From: a virus
Taxonomy: Duplodnaviria > Heunggongvirae > Uroviricota > Caudoviricetes
Strand: one strand, 5' to 3'
IMG/VR virus record: IMGVR_UViG_2648501336_000002
DNA: 41,928 bases
Below are positions 29,486 to 38,464 of the stretch, one piece after another (the first letter of the stretch is position 1; every line of letters starts with the position of its first letter). The position numbers were made by a program, and so were the translations under genes. The notes under the pieces are model-generated. The model saw only the letters and a program-made list of their open reading frames with translations. It was not told the DNA's origin and made no database searches.

Positions 29486-30010
29486 TCATCTGGCAGGTTG
29501 TAACGGTGCAGGAGTTTTGCCACTGACTTCTATATTTCGGGGAAATTTATATTCAGCGGAGCATTTATGACACTTGAGAATTTTATAAGCGGCATTAGAA
29601 GTATGGTATTGAAGTATAGACTTCATACCCGACTCATAGCATGTAGTACAAAGATAATGAGGCTTGAACTCAGGATCGTCAGTAGGCTTCAGTACATAGA
29701 CCACCGTATTGGTAATCGGGTGGTACATTTCATAGTTCATTTTCTCACTATCCCAATCCTGTTTCTTTTCCAGAAGGGATTCGAGTTCAACAATGCGCTG
29801 TTTAGCTTCGTTCAAAAGCTCCGTTAGTGCGAATTGTCCAGTACGCGCATCAATTAGTTTATCAAGTAGATCGATAGTTTTACTTTTAACATTGTAATCC
29901 ACCTGCAACGCATTAACTTCTTTTGCTAAATCAACAGCACCTTTCAAAGCACCACCAGCACTAGTGGCCGCCTCAGTTATACGCCGTACAAGTCCTTTTT
30001 CTTCAGACAT
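29486..30010 (-). CDS. Coiled-coil protein with C-terminal C4 zinc ribbon (hypothetical), convergent with cI
   Basis: 174 aa; helical N-terminus then CTTC...CHKC (CxxC-x22-CxxC); AGAGAGAAT Shine-Dalgarno-like upstream. Confidence 0.5.
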   Translation of the reverse strand: MSEEKGLVRRITEAATSAGGALKGAVDLAKEVNALQVDYNVKSKTIDLLDKLIDARTGQFALTELLNEAKQRIVELESLLEKKQDWDSEKMNYEMYHPITNTVVYVLKPTDDPEFKPHYLCTTCYESGMKSILQYHTSNAAYKILKCHKCSAEYKFPRNIEVSGKTPAPLQPAR

Positions 30011-30030
30011 CTTAATTCTCTCTAAAACTA

Positions 30031-30080
30031 TAGGGGTAAAGAGATATTAGCCGAATTCTCGCTGTAGGGGTACAGAGAGA
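30031..30080. repeat. Direct repeats TAGGGGTA(A/C)AGAGA x2 (candidate regulator-binding sites)
   Basis: Copies at 30031..30044 and 30065..30078, 34 bp centre to centre, in the 5' region of the 174-aa gene. Confidence 0.3.
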
Positions 30081-30149
30081 GCCATCTCGTCTGACGTGGT
30101 TAAAAGCAGGCATTCGCTGACATCCAAGTAATTGCTGTGTGTAGCCTTT

Positions 30150-30176
30150 GCCCGCCTCAAGTGACGGGCTTTTTTA
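30150..30176 (+). terminator. Rho-independent terminator immediately upstream of the early-left genes
   Basis: GCCCG-10 nt-CGGGC followed by TTTTTT. Confidence 0.5.
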
Positions 30177-30234
30177 TGTCTGAAAGCGCACTCGCAACAG
30201 CGTGCTCCCCGATATGAAAAAAGGAATACAACCG

Positions 30235-30384
30235 ATGAAACCTGAATACCTCCATCGACTGACGGGGCGCGATGTTCTCCGTTATCGCCGTAAAAACTTC
30301 GATTTGATGACCGGTCTGGCCGTTGCCACTGCGCTCGGTCTGATCATCACTTTCATTCTCCTTGTAGCGAGGACCACAGTATGA
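30235..30384 (+). CDS. Small membrane protein (49 aa), first gene of the early-left operon
   Basis: ATG at 30235 is preceded by AAGGAA (the track start at 30202 is a GTG); C-terminal TM helix LAVATALGLIITFILLV. Confidence 0.4.
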   Translation: MKPEYLHRLTGRDVLRYRRKNFDLMTGLAVATALGLIITFILLVARTTV

Positions 30385-31283
30385 GTTTAGAAACCAGTCT
30401 CGAACTTAATAATCAACTTCTGGCACAACATAATGCGCTGCTTGAACGTCTTATCCGCACAATGGCATCAGGCATTGTTATGCATCCTGACACGATTTCA
30501 CGAGTGCAGGAATGTCGGGATACAGCAACTGAAACTGAAAATATGTCAGCGGCAATGACACTGGATGATCTGGAGTTCAGCGACGTTATCGCACTGGCTG
30601 GTTTCTACCCGGTAGCCACCCCTATCACAGAAGACATGCTGCAACGTGCTGTTGCCTACCGTGATGCTGAAGGCGATAAACGAGTAGTTCAGATTGATGC
30701 TCTCGACAGCGCATTGCAGGGCGTCAAACGAGCCAGGGCGCTGCTTAAACCTGCTCTCCTGGACCTGTCCCGTAACATCCTTAAGTTCTGGGACGACCTG
30801 CCAACCATCGGCGAGCGACGTGTTTTTGCCGAGCAGCTACTTGATGCACCTGCGGATGGGCGTGATGAAGTTAAGCCGAAAAAGGCCAGTAACAAAGATG
30901 GAGAACGCACGGGGCCGTTTTACGTCAAAAATGTATCCGGCACAGCAGCCAGTGAACTCCACACCTTACGCAAGTTGAACGAGATGCTGAAAAAAGGCCA
31001 TATCGAGATCAACCGTGTTGAGTACCTTCAGCTGCAAGAAGAATTTGCACGCAGAGACGCAGCAAATTCCAGCCAGAATCATGACGCCAAAGATGACCAT
31101 ACAATTGATTTCGCGGCACTACGCAAACAAGCTGAAGGGTTGATCCTCCAGTTAGCAAAAGGGGGTTACCGGGCAGAAGCTATTGCAATTCTGGAAAAAC
31201 AGGGAGCCAGGAAACTTGGTGAAGTAACGGATGAAAATCTCGCTGAAGTAATCACCCTGGCTGAAAAAGCACTGGAGGGTTAA
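30381..31283 (+). CDS. Hypothetical early protein
   Basis: 300 aa, acidic and helical, translationally coupled to neighbours. Confidence 0.45.
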   Translation: MSLETSLELNNQLLAQHNALLERLIRTMASGIVMHPDTISRVQECRDTATETENMSAAMTLDDLEFSDVIALAGFYPVATPITEDMLQRAVAYRDAEGDKRVVQIDALDSALQGVKRARALLKPALLDLSRNILKFWDDLPTIGERRVFAEQLLDAPADGRDEVKPKKASNKDGERTGPFYVKNVSGTAASELHTLRKLNEMLKKGHIEINRVEYLQLQEEFARRDAANSSQNHDAKDDHTIDFAALRKQAEGLILQLAKGGYRAEAIAILEKQGARKLGEVTDENLAEVITLAEKALEG

Positions 31284-31285
31284 TC

Positions 31286-32587
31286 ATGCCAGACGTTCAT
31301 GCACAACTTTCTCCATCATCAGCGCATCGATGGATGCGCTGCCCAGGAAGTCTGGCGCTGGAGGCCACACAACCGGATAAAGAAACAACTTTTGCAATCG
31401 AGGGCACTGCAGCGCACGCGCTTGCTGAAAAAGTTCTACGAAACAGGCAAAGCTACCCGGAACACTACGCCGGATGCAATGTTTCTATGTTTCTCGGCTC
31501 ATACCCCCTTCGCGAAAATCCTGATGATACATCTGGCCCACAGGTGGATGATGAAATGGTCGAAGCCGTTGGCCGGTATGTTGATACGGTCTGGACTCTT
31601 GCACAGAATAATGAACTATTGGTTGAACAACGTGTTGATTTCTCACATATAACGGGTGTGGAAGAATCTTTCGGAACTGCCGACGGCATAATCATTGCTG
31701 GTAGCGAATTACAAATCCACGACCTGAAATATGGCAAAGGCGTCCGCATTGATGCAGAACAAAATGAGCAACTACAACTGTATGCTCTGGGTGCGCTCGA
31801 ACAATTCAGCATGCTGTATGACTTTGAGACTGTAAGATTATTTATTCACCAGCCAAGGCTCAACCACGTTTCAGAATGGTCGTTAACCGTACAGGAACTT
31901 CAGTCTTTCGGTGAACGGGCACTGGAGGCCGCAACCAGTGCGATCCTTGTTCTCAATATTGCTGAATGCGAAGGCATTGAGACACTACCGCTGGAAAACT
32001 TCATACCTGGAGAAAAACAGTGCCGCTTCTGTAAAGCAAAAGCTATTTGCACTGCCCAGAAAATGCAGCATTTACAAACAGCGGCCAGCGATTTTGAAGA
32101 TCTGACAAAGCCTGTCAGCGAAATAATCTCCAATGCCAGCGCACGTGTACCTCTGTTAACCATTGAGCAGCTTGCGGAGATCTATAGCCAGGCCGACTTT
32201 ATTGAATCCTGGCTAAAGGCAGTACGAGACCGGGTTCACAATGAACTCAATGCCGGACATCCGGTACCGGGGTTTAAACTGGTAACAGGAAAACAAGGTA
32301 ACCGGGCCTGGAGTGATGAAGAGGCAGCTCGCGCACTTCTGAAGGACCAGTTCAGGTACAAAACTGAAGAAGTATTCGACTTTAAACTTATTAGCCCCAC
32401 AAAAGCCGAAAAACTTATCAAAAAGGCCAGTCCGCGCCGTTGGTCAAAAGTCGAGGCACTGATAACACGAGCTGATGGTAAACCCACCATCGTTCCCGAG
32501 TCAGACCCACGCCCCGCACTCAATATCAACCCTGTAAATGATTTCGACGACGTATCCGACGATACGCTAACCGCAGACCTCATCTGA
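31286..32587 (+). CDS. PD-(D/E)XK Cas4-like exonuclease (DUF2800-type)
   Basis: 433 aa; IHDLKYGKG nuclease-like motif and a [10 protein letters not shown] cysteine cluster. Confidence 0.55.
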   Translation: MPDVHAQLSPSSAHRWMRCPGSLALEATQPDKETTFAIEGTAAHALAEKVLRNRQSYPEHYAGCNVSMFLGSYPLRENPDDTSGPQVDDEMVEAVGRYVDTVWTLAQNNELLVEQRVDFSHITGVEESFGTADGIIIAGSELQIHDLKYGKGVRIDAEQNEQLQLYALGALEQFSMLYDFETVRLFIHQPRLNHVSEWSLTVQELQSFGERALEAATSAILVLNIAECEGIETLPLENFIPGEKQCRFCKAKAICTAQKMQHLQTAASDFEDLTKPVSEIISNASARVPLLTIEQLAEIYSQADFIESWLKAVRDRVHNELNAGHPVPGFKLVTGKQGNRAWSDEEAARALLKDQFRYKTEEVFDFKLISPTKAEKLIKKASPRRWSKVEALITRADGKPTIVPESDPRPALNINPVNDFDDVSDDTLTADLI

Positions 32588-32602
32588 TTTAAGGAAATAC
32601 CC

Positions 32603-33151
32603 ATGAAACTGAAGCTGAACAATGTTCGTCTGGCCTTCCCGTCTCTGTTTGAAGCTAAAACTGTAAACGGCGAAGGCGATCCACGTTTCTCCGCAGTATT
32701 TTTAATGTCACCCAAACACCCACAACTGGAAGAAATCCGTAAAGCTATGAAGCAGGTAGCGAAGGAAAAATGGGGAGAGAAGTGGGAGCCCATTTATAAC
32801 CAACTGGAGAAAAAACTCAATCTGTGCCTGCATGATGGTGATGAAAAAGCAGAGTATGAAGGCTTCCCCGGCAATTTCTTCCTGAATGCTGCTAACAAAG
32901 CGCGCCCAGCTGTTCTTGATCGCGATCGTTCGCCACTTATTCAGGCTGATGGACGTCCCTATGCAGGGTGCTATGTAAACGCCGTTATCGATATCTGGGC
33001 ACAGGACAATAATTTCGGTAAACGCATTAATGCCTCACTCGGCGGAGTCCAGTTCCTGCGAGACGGCGATGCATTCGCTGGCGGCGGAGTGGCAAGCGCT
33101 GACGATTTCGACGATATCAGCGAAGGTGCTGATGCTGAAGCACTGATTTAA
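32603..33151 (+). CDS. Phage ssDNA-binding-like protein (DUF2815-type)
   Basis: 182 aa with an acidic C-terminal tail (DDFDDISEGADAEALI); lies between the nuclease and the polymerase. Confidence 0.5.
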   Translation: MKLKLNNVRLAFPSLFEAKTVNGEGDPRFSAVFLMSPKHPQLEEIRKAMKQVAKEKWGEKWEPIYNQLEKKLNLCLHDGDEKAEYEGFPGNFFLNAANKARPAVLDRDRSPLIQADGRPYAGCYVNAVIDIWAQDNNFGKRINASLGGVQFLRDGDAFAGGGVASADDFDDISEGADAEALI

Positions 33152-33166
33152 CCCTACTTCATAGAC

Positions 33167-33185
33167 GCCCGGTTAAATACCGGGC
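33167..33185. terminator. Stem-loop between convergent genes (weak terminator)
   Basis: GCCCGG-TTAAATA-CCGGGC; no strong U-tract on either strand. Confidence 0.3.
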
Positions 33186-33203
33186 TGCTGATTAGGCGTA
33201 TAA

Positions 33204-33833
33204 TCACTCAGGAATCTTAATCTTCCTCAATTCTTTATTTAGTTCACAGATCTTCTTCTTAGACGGGAAAGTATCATACATCCAAAAACCAACAGTCTCT
33301 AAAACTATTGTCATAACCATATACACAAGATAATTTAAAAGGCCTTCATTTTGCCCTATGGAAATAATGCAGATAATAGAAAAAAGGATAAACAGCACAA
33401 AACACAGAAAGGAAAACAGACGACTAATAATAAATAAAAAACCTGAAAAATTAACATTGATGAAAAACACTCCGTTATCTTTCTCTATATAATTCTGAAG
33501 CTTAATCACCTGATTTATATACTGTCTTTTTTCTAATCTATTGCAAATGTAAATAACATCACTTCGGTTATAAGAAGATTGCAATTTCAGCGCATCACGA
33601 ATAATTTTATCATTTATTCTTTTTTCTATGGCACTCTTATCCTCCTTATCCAGATAACGTTCATACTTAACTAAATATAAAATTAACTTCTTGACATATT
33701 TAGGCTCTTTATACTTATAATTAAAAATGATCTTTCTTATCCAGACTCCCATAACAATCAAACATGAAAAAATATATCCAGCTATTTTCTCCAGATGCTC
33801 TGTATGGTCAATCAAGTATTGGATCATATGCAT
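33204..33833 (-). CDS. AT-rich membrane protein (about 3 TM), antisense moron; candidate exclusion / abortive-infection protein
   Basis: 209 aa, strongly AT-rich, Lys/Ile/Tyr-rich; hydrophobic segments near the N-terminus and at about residues 125-170; opposite strand to the flanking replication genes. Confidence 0.5.
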   Translation of the reverse strand: MHMIQYLIDHTEHLEKIAGYIFSCLIVMGVWIRKIIFNYKYKEPKYVKKLILYLVKYERYLDKEDKSAIEKRINDKIIRDALKLQSSYNRSDVIYICNRLEKRQYINQVIKLQNYIEKDNGVFFINVNFSGFLFIISRLFSFLCFVLFILFSIICIISIGQNEGLLNYLVYMVMTIVLETVGFWMYDTFPSKKKICELNKELRKIKIPE

Positions 33834-33879
33834 AATTAATCTTTTAATCAGTTAATAGAATAAAAACCAAGGTAAACAC

Positions 33880-35943
33880 ATGTCCAATATACTATGGGGC
33901 GACCTGGAAACCTATTGCGAAATCCCTATTACGAACGGTACCCATGCGTATGCCGAAGGCGTTGAAGTGATGCTGTTCGCATGGGCTATCAACGACGGGC
34001 CAGTAAACGTATGGGATATCACTGCCGGTGGTGGTATTCCACACGGCTTATACGAAGCAATCGCAGCCCCTGAAACCCTGCTTTATTTTCATAACTCTCA
34101 CTTCGACCGCACCGTCCTGCGTTATGCAATGCCGCGACTGGCACCGCCAGTCGAACGTTGGCGCGACACGATGGTGCAGGCGCTGGCGCACGGTCTCCCG
34201 GGGTCTCTGGGGGAACTCTGCGAAGTACTAGGCGTCCCGCAAGACAAAGCGAAGGACAAAGAAGGTAAAGCGCTGATCCAGCTGTTCTGTAAGCCACGCC
34301 CGAAAAACAGCAAACTGCGCCGGGCCACCAGCAAAACCCACCCGGAAGAATGGCGGCGCTTTGTTGCTTACGCCGGACTGGATATCGAGGCAATGCGCGA
34401 AGTCTATAAACGTCTGCCGAAGTGGAATTATCAGGGGACAGAACTGGCGCTCTGGCATCGTGATCAGCAGATCAATGACCGGGGCGTCTGCATGGACGTG
34501 GAACTCGCACGCGCTGCGATCGACGCGGTAGACCAGGAACAAAAGCGCCTGGCAAAGCGTACACAGGAAATGACTGATGGCGAAGTGCAGGCAGCCACAC
34601 AACGAGACGCGTTGATTAAGCACATTGTTGAATCCTACGGTGTGGAGCTACCAGACATGCAACGCAGTACTCTGGAACGTCGTATTGCCGACCCCGATTT
34701 ACCATCTGCCGTGAAAGAACTGCTGGCTATCCGCCTGCAGGCCAGTACTACCAGCACCAGTAAATACAAGGCACTGATGAAAGGCGTAAGCCACGACGGG
34801 CGCTTACGCGGTACGCTACAGTTCTGCGGGGCGTCACGTACCGGTCGTTGGGCCGGACGGCTATTCCAGCCCCAGAACCTTCCCCGCCCTTCACTAAAAC
34901 AGGAACAAATAGACGAAGGCATCGAAGCACTGAAAGCCGGATGTGCAGACCTGCTGTTTGACAATATCATGGAACTAACCAGTTCAGCGTTACGTGGCTG
35001 CATTATCGCGCCAACAGGCAAAAAGCTGGTGGTAAGTGACTTGTCGAACATTGAAGGCCGTATGCTGGCATGGCTGGCGGGAGAAGAATGGAAACTGAAT
35101 GCATTCAGAGAGTACGACGCCGGAACGGGTCCGGACTTATATAAACTGGCGTATGCAAAAGCTTTCGATATTGCACCAGATGATGTTGATAAACACATGC
35201 GTCAGATCGGTAAAGTCATGGAACTCGGTCTGGGTTATGGAGGAGGTGTATCGGCTTTCATCACTTTTGCTCTGGTTTACGGTCTCGATCTCGACGGGCT
35301 GGCGAACGCCGCACTGCCAAACATTCCCCGCGATGTTATCCGCGAGGCGAAAAGCTGGTACGACGAATCGGTTAAACGTAAATCGACCTACGGGCTTTCT
35401 GAACGGGTATTTATCGCCTGCGACTCACTTAAACGTCTCTGGCGCCGGGCGCATCCCGCGACCTGTGATTTCTGGTACGAACTGGAGTGCACCGTCCGCA
35501 CAGCAATCGCCACACCGCAAAAAACATTGTATTGCGGTTATCTTAAAATCCGCCGCGATGGCGCGTGGCTGCGCATACAGCTACCATCCGGACGCGCTGT
35601 ATGCTACCCGTCTCCGGTTATCGAACAAGGGAATATCACCTACATGGGTGTTAACTCTTATTCGCGTAAATGGCAACGACTCAAAACCTACGGCGGAAAG
35701 CTGGTGGAGAACGTCACCCAGGCGGCCGCCCGCGACGTTCTGGCCGGAAACATGCCGCTTATCGAAGATGCCGGTTACAGCATTGTGCTGACGGTACACG
35801 ACGAGGTGATCACCGAATCACCTGACACAGAAGATTTCAACGATAAAGCGCTTTCCGCGCTTCTCTCCACTAACCCCGAATGGGCGCCAGATATCCCACT
35901 GAACGCTGGCGGTTTTGAGGCGTACCACTACCGTAAGGATTAA
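33880..35943 (+). CDS. DNA polymerase, family A (T7/Pol I-like) with 3'-5' exonuclease domain
   Basis: 687 aa; Exo I-like DLETY; motif A-like SDLSNIEGR; motif B-like [12 protein letters not shown]; motif C VHDEV. Confidence 0.85.
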   Translation: MSNILWGDLETYCEIPITNGTHAYAEGVEVMLFAWAINDGPVNVWDITAGGGIPHGLYEAIAAPETLLYFHNSHFDRTVLRYAMPRLAPPVERWRDTMVQALAHGLPGSLGELCEVLGVPQDKAKDKEGKALIQLFCKPRPKNSKLRRATSKTHPEEWRRFVAYAGLDIEAMREVYKRLPKWNYQGTELALWHRDQQINDRGVCMDVELARAAIDAVDQEQKRLAKRTQEMTDGEVQAATQRDALIKHIVESYGVELPDMQRSTLERRIADPDLPSAVKELLAIRLQASTTSTSKYKALMKGVSHDGRLRGTLQFCGASRTGRWAGRLFQPQNLPRPSLKQEQIDEGIEALKAGCADLLFDNIMELTSSALRGCIIAPTGKKLVVSDLSNIEGRMLAWLAGEEWKLNAFREYDAGTGPDLYKLAYAKAFDIAPDDVDKHMRQIGKVMELGLGYGGGVSAFITFALVYGLDLDGLANAALPNIPRDVIREAKSWYDESVKRKSTYGLSERVFIACDSLKRLWRRAHPATCDFWYELECTVRTAIATPQKTLYCGYLKIRRDGAWLRIQLPSGRAVCYPSPVIEQGNITYMGVNSYSRKWQRLKTYGGKLVENVTQAAARDVLAGNMPLIEDAGYSIVLTVHDEVITESPDTEDFNDKALSALLSTNPEWAPDIPLNAGGFEAYHYRKD

Positions 35944-35948
35944 CTCCT

Positions 35949-36164
35949 ATGTCATTTAAATACCGGGACAATCCACTTTATTACAGGGCTGCAAGGGAGG
36001 CTTTGCGACTTGAACAATCCGGCGAATATGACCGGGCAGCGAAGGTCTGGGCAAAAGCCAACCGCGAATCACATCACGAACTGAATCAGGAATGGAGTGA
36101 ACGCAGATCTGATTTTTGCCTGATGCAGAATATGCGTGAAAAGCGTAAGGCGGTCGAAGAATGA
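35949..36164 (+). CDS. Small regulatory protein, possibly PerC-like
   Basis: 71 aa; AREALRLEQSGEYDRAAKVWAKA resembles PerC-family proteins (recollection only). Confidence 0.35.
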   Translation: MSFKYRDNPLYYRAAREALRLEQSGEYDRAAKVWAKANRESHHELNQEWSERRSDFCLMQNMREKRKAVEE

Positions 36165-36460
36165 TCGTTTACGTTGCCGGGCCGATGAGCGGTTACGAGC
36201 AATTTAACCGCCCGGCTTTTCATTCCGCAGCAAAGAGGCTAACGGACAAGGGATATGTTGTGCTTAACCCCGCAACTTTACCCAATGGTTTGACACAGGC
36301 TCAGTATATGGACATCTGCCTCGCAATGCTTCGCTGTGCCGATACGATTTATATGCTCAAAGAGTGGGAGTACTCTGCTGGCGCACGTGCAGAAAACGCG
36401 TTGGCAGAGAAACTGGAATTGAATGTGCTTTTTGAAGAGTGGGATTCAGATGGCCTATGA
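36161..36460 (+). CDS. Nucleoside 2-deoxyribosyltransferase-like protein (DUF4406-type)
   Basis: 99 aa beginning MIVYVAGPMSG. Confidence 0.4.
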   Translation: MIVYVAGPMSGYEQFNRPAFHSAAKRLTDKGYVVLNPATLPNGLTQAQYMDICLAMLRCADTIYMLKEWEYSAGARAENALAEKLELNVLFEEWDSDGL

Positions 36461-36719
36461 ACGTGAAAGCCTTATCGAAAAGCACCTCGTCGCTGAAGTG
36501 AAAAAAGCTGGCGGAGTGGCCTTTAAGTTTGTATCTCCCGGTCACCGCTCGGTACCGGATCGCATTGTCCTGCTACCAGGTGGTCGTATCGTTTTCGTTG
36601 AATGTAAATCTCCCGGCAAGCCACCACGGCCTGACCAATTGCGCGAACATGAACGTCTGCGAAAACTGGGCTTTACCGTAGTGGTGCTGGATAGCAAGAA
36701 CCTAGAGAGGATATTATAA
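36450..36719 (+). CDS. VRR-NUC domain nuclease
   Basis: Likely ATG at 36450 (MAYERESLIEKHL); PD-(D/E)XK-type motif PDRIVLL...VFVECK; precedes the SNF2 helicase as in typical VRR-NUC/SNF2 pairs. Confidence 0.6.
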   Translation: MAYERESLIEKHLVAEVKKAGGVAFKFVSPGHRSVPDRIVLLPGGRIVFVECKSPGKPPRPDQLREHERLRKLGFTVVVLDSKNLERIL

Positions 36720-36723
36720 AAAT

Positions 36724-37293
36724 TTAGTCAATGCCTTTTTGATTGAACTTCTGATTCTCCAGTATGCTTTGCAGCTCAATATTATCATTTGCAGCGGTTT
36801 GTTTATGCTCATGATATTTTTCTTGCGTATAATTTCTTTCTCTTAGTTTCTGTGCGTAATTATTAGAAATAATATCATGACGATCTTGTAATACTTGTTC
36901 AAGTTGACTTTTAAAGTCCTCTATCTTTTCATTAGAAATAACATTTTTGTACTTTTCAATATCACGGCGAAGTTCTTTTTCTTTCTTCTTATTAATGCTT
37001 AATAACTGTCGATTAACGCTACCTAAGGACCATTTAAACCCAATCGACTTTATCCAATGCGCCAGAAACATAGCGCAACTGGGAAGCATTAATAAAAGAA
37101 ATGGCTTTATTGTATTTAAATCAGAACCAATATACGGAAAACGACCGTCCCACGAGGACACCAGTAATGTTAAAAAACCAGTGATGCCACCAGCAGCAAC
37201 ATTAGAAATCAGAGGGACTTTTTCGTAGCTATCAGGTTTAGAAGCGCTACTCAAACGTCCCTCCTTTGACTGATCTTCCAGCACGAATGGCAT
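36724..37293 (-). CDS. Membrane protein with charged coiled-coil C-terminus (third gene of the antisense cassette)
   Basis: 189 aa, AT-rich; two hydrophobic helices (about residues 30-48 and 63-85) then a Lys/Glu-rich helical tail. Confidence 0.45.
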   Translation of the reverse strand: MPFVLEDQSKEGRLSSASKPDSYEKVPLISNVAAGGITGFLTLLVSSWDGRFPYIGSDLNTIKPFLLLMLPSCAMFLAHWIKSIGFKWSLGSVNRQLLSINKKKEKELRRDIEKYKNVISNEKIEDFKSQLEQVLQDRHDIISNNYAQKLRERNYTQEKYHEHKQTAANDNIELQSILENQKFNQKGID

Positions 37294-37495
37294 TCATTGC
37301 AATTTTGTAAAATTCATCATCAGAAGAGACATCAACGACATCGCGACGGACAACTCCTTCTGAGTCAACACATTCAAGAACAAGATGATGTTTAGGCATA
37401 AGCGCAAAGCGTAACCGGTCAAACCCCATCTTAAGAACCCAATATAGTACGGGAAGCAGGCTAAAAAAAGCCAGCCAAAAAGCAAAAGCAATCAT
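37247..37495 (-). CDS. Small membrane protein (second gene of the antisense cassette)
   Basis: 82 aa; N-terminal TM helix IAFAFWLAFFSLLPVLYWVL; overlaps the downstream gene by 47 nt. Confidence 0.4.
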   Translation of the reverse strand: MIAFAFWLAFFSLLPVLYWVLKMGFDRLRFALMPKHHLVLECVDSEGVVRRDVVDVSSDDEFYKIAMNAIRAGRSVKGGTFE

Positions 37496-37518
37496 AGCCC
37501 CCTCCCCATGTGAATCTA

Positions 37519-38397
37519 CTATAAGATGCCGTGTACTTTAACAACTATGTACGTTTTGTCCAGCGAATTCAAGTTCTCACGGACGAGCAAATCAACGCAG
37601 TAAGCATCACTAAAAACACCAGGTTCTCTTCCCGTACTAACACGTTGTAAGAACTCAGTATCTTCTATAGACACGCTGATTGTGTCATCGCCATAGTTGA
37701 CTCGCCAGCCTGTGTTTTTATCCTTATGAATAGTCAAAAATGTGATTAGAGCCTCTTCAATCACCCTTTCAGACAAGGACTGCACTACAGGAACGCGCCT
37801 ATATCTGAACGGTTCAATATTATCTTCGTGCACCTTAATCAGCTCAACCCCCTGTTGAGTTGAAATTTTAAGCGATTCGTATCCTTCCTTTTGCAAAGGA
37901 TTATGAATTAACTTCGATAAGGATTTGCGTATGCTTGGTGAGGCAAGTAAAGGCCGGAAATATGACGGGGCTATAATTTCCTCACCATCATCCATAACTA
38001 TTTTACAGTCTCCTTCCGCTGTTAAAGTCAACCGTTTTATTTGCCTACCATTGATCTGACGAATTAAGTCAATGAGAGTATTTCCTGCTGCGAGTGCAGT
38101 TGTACCTCCAAGCCCAATAATGCTTAATATATTCAAATGGTCAAGTGGATTTTGAATAACATCAATCAAATACTCAAATGAGCCTTCCTTAAAAGGCTCA
38201 ACCTCAACATTAATACACTCACTAGTGCCATTGACAACCAAATTAACTTCTTTAAGCAAGTTGTTTAGTCCATTCAATGACTCAGTTAAAACATCCAAAT
38301 CTATTTTATGATCTGCTAGTGCGGGACCATCATATTTAACAACTAATTTATCAGTAATATTTTCTTCTTGCTGGACATCTGTATAAGCTGAGGTCAT
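37519..38397 (-). CDS. Hypothetical soluble protein (first gene of the antisense cassette)
   Basis: 292 aa, AT-rich, no recognisable catalytic motif; AAGGAA Shine-Dalgarno 7 nt upstream of the ATG at 38397. Confidence 0.5.
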   Translation of the reverse strand: MTSAYTDVQQEENITDKLVVKYDGPALADHKIDLDVLTESLNGLNNLLKEVNLVVNGTSECINVEVEPFKEGSFEYLIDVIQNPLDHLNILSIIGLGGTTALAAGNTLIDLIRQINGRQIKRLTLTAEGDCKIVMDDGEEIIAPSYFRPLLASPSIRKSLSKLIHNPLQKEGYESLKISTQQGVELIKVHEDNIEPFRYRRVPVVQSLSERVIEEALITFLTIHKDKNTGWRVNYGDDTISVSIEDTEFLQRVSTGREPGVFSDAYCVDLLVRENLNSLDKTYIVVKVHGIL

Positions 38398-38464
38398 AAC
38401 TGTTCCTTTCGAAATAAATAATTAAGCTATTACTACATAAGTTCATTCATGGAGATACAATACC

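Noticed and set aside
29567-29827. 86-aa plus-strand ORF
   Set aside because: Antisense to the more protein-like 174-aa coiled-coil/zinc-ribbon ORF; hydrophobic low-complexity translation.
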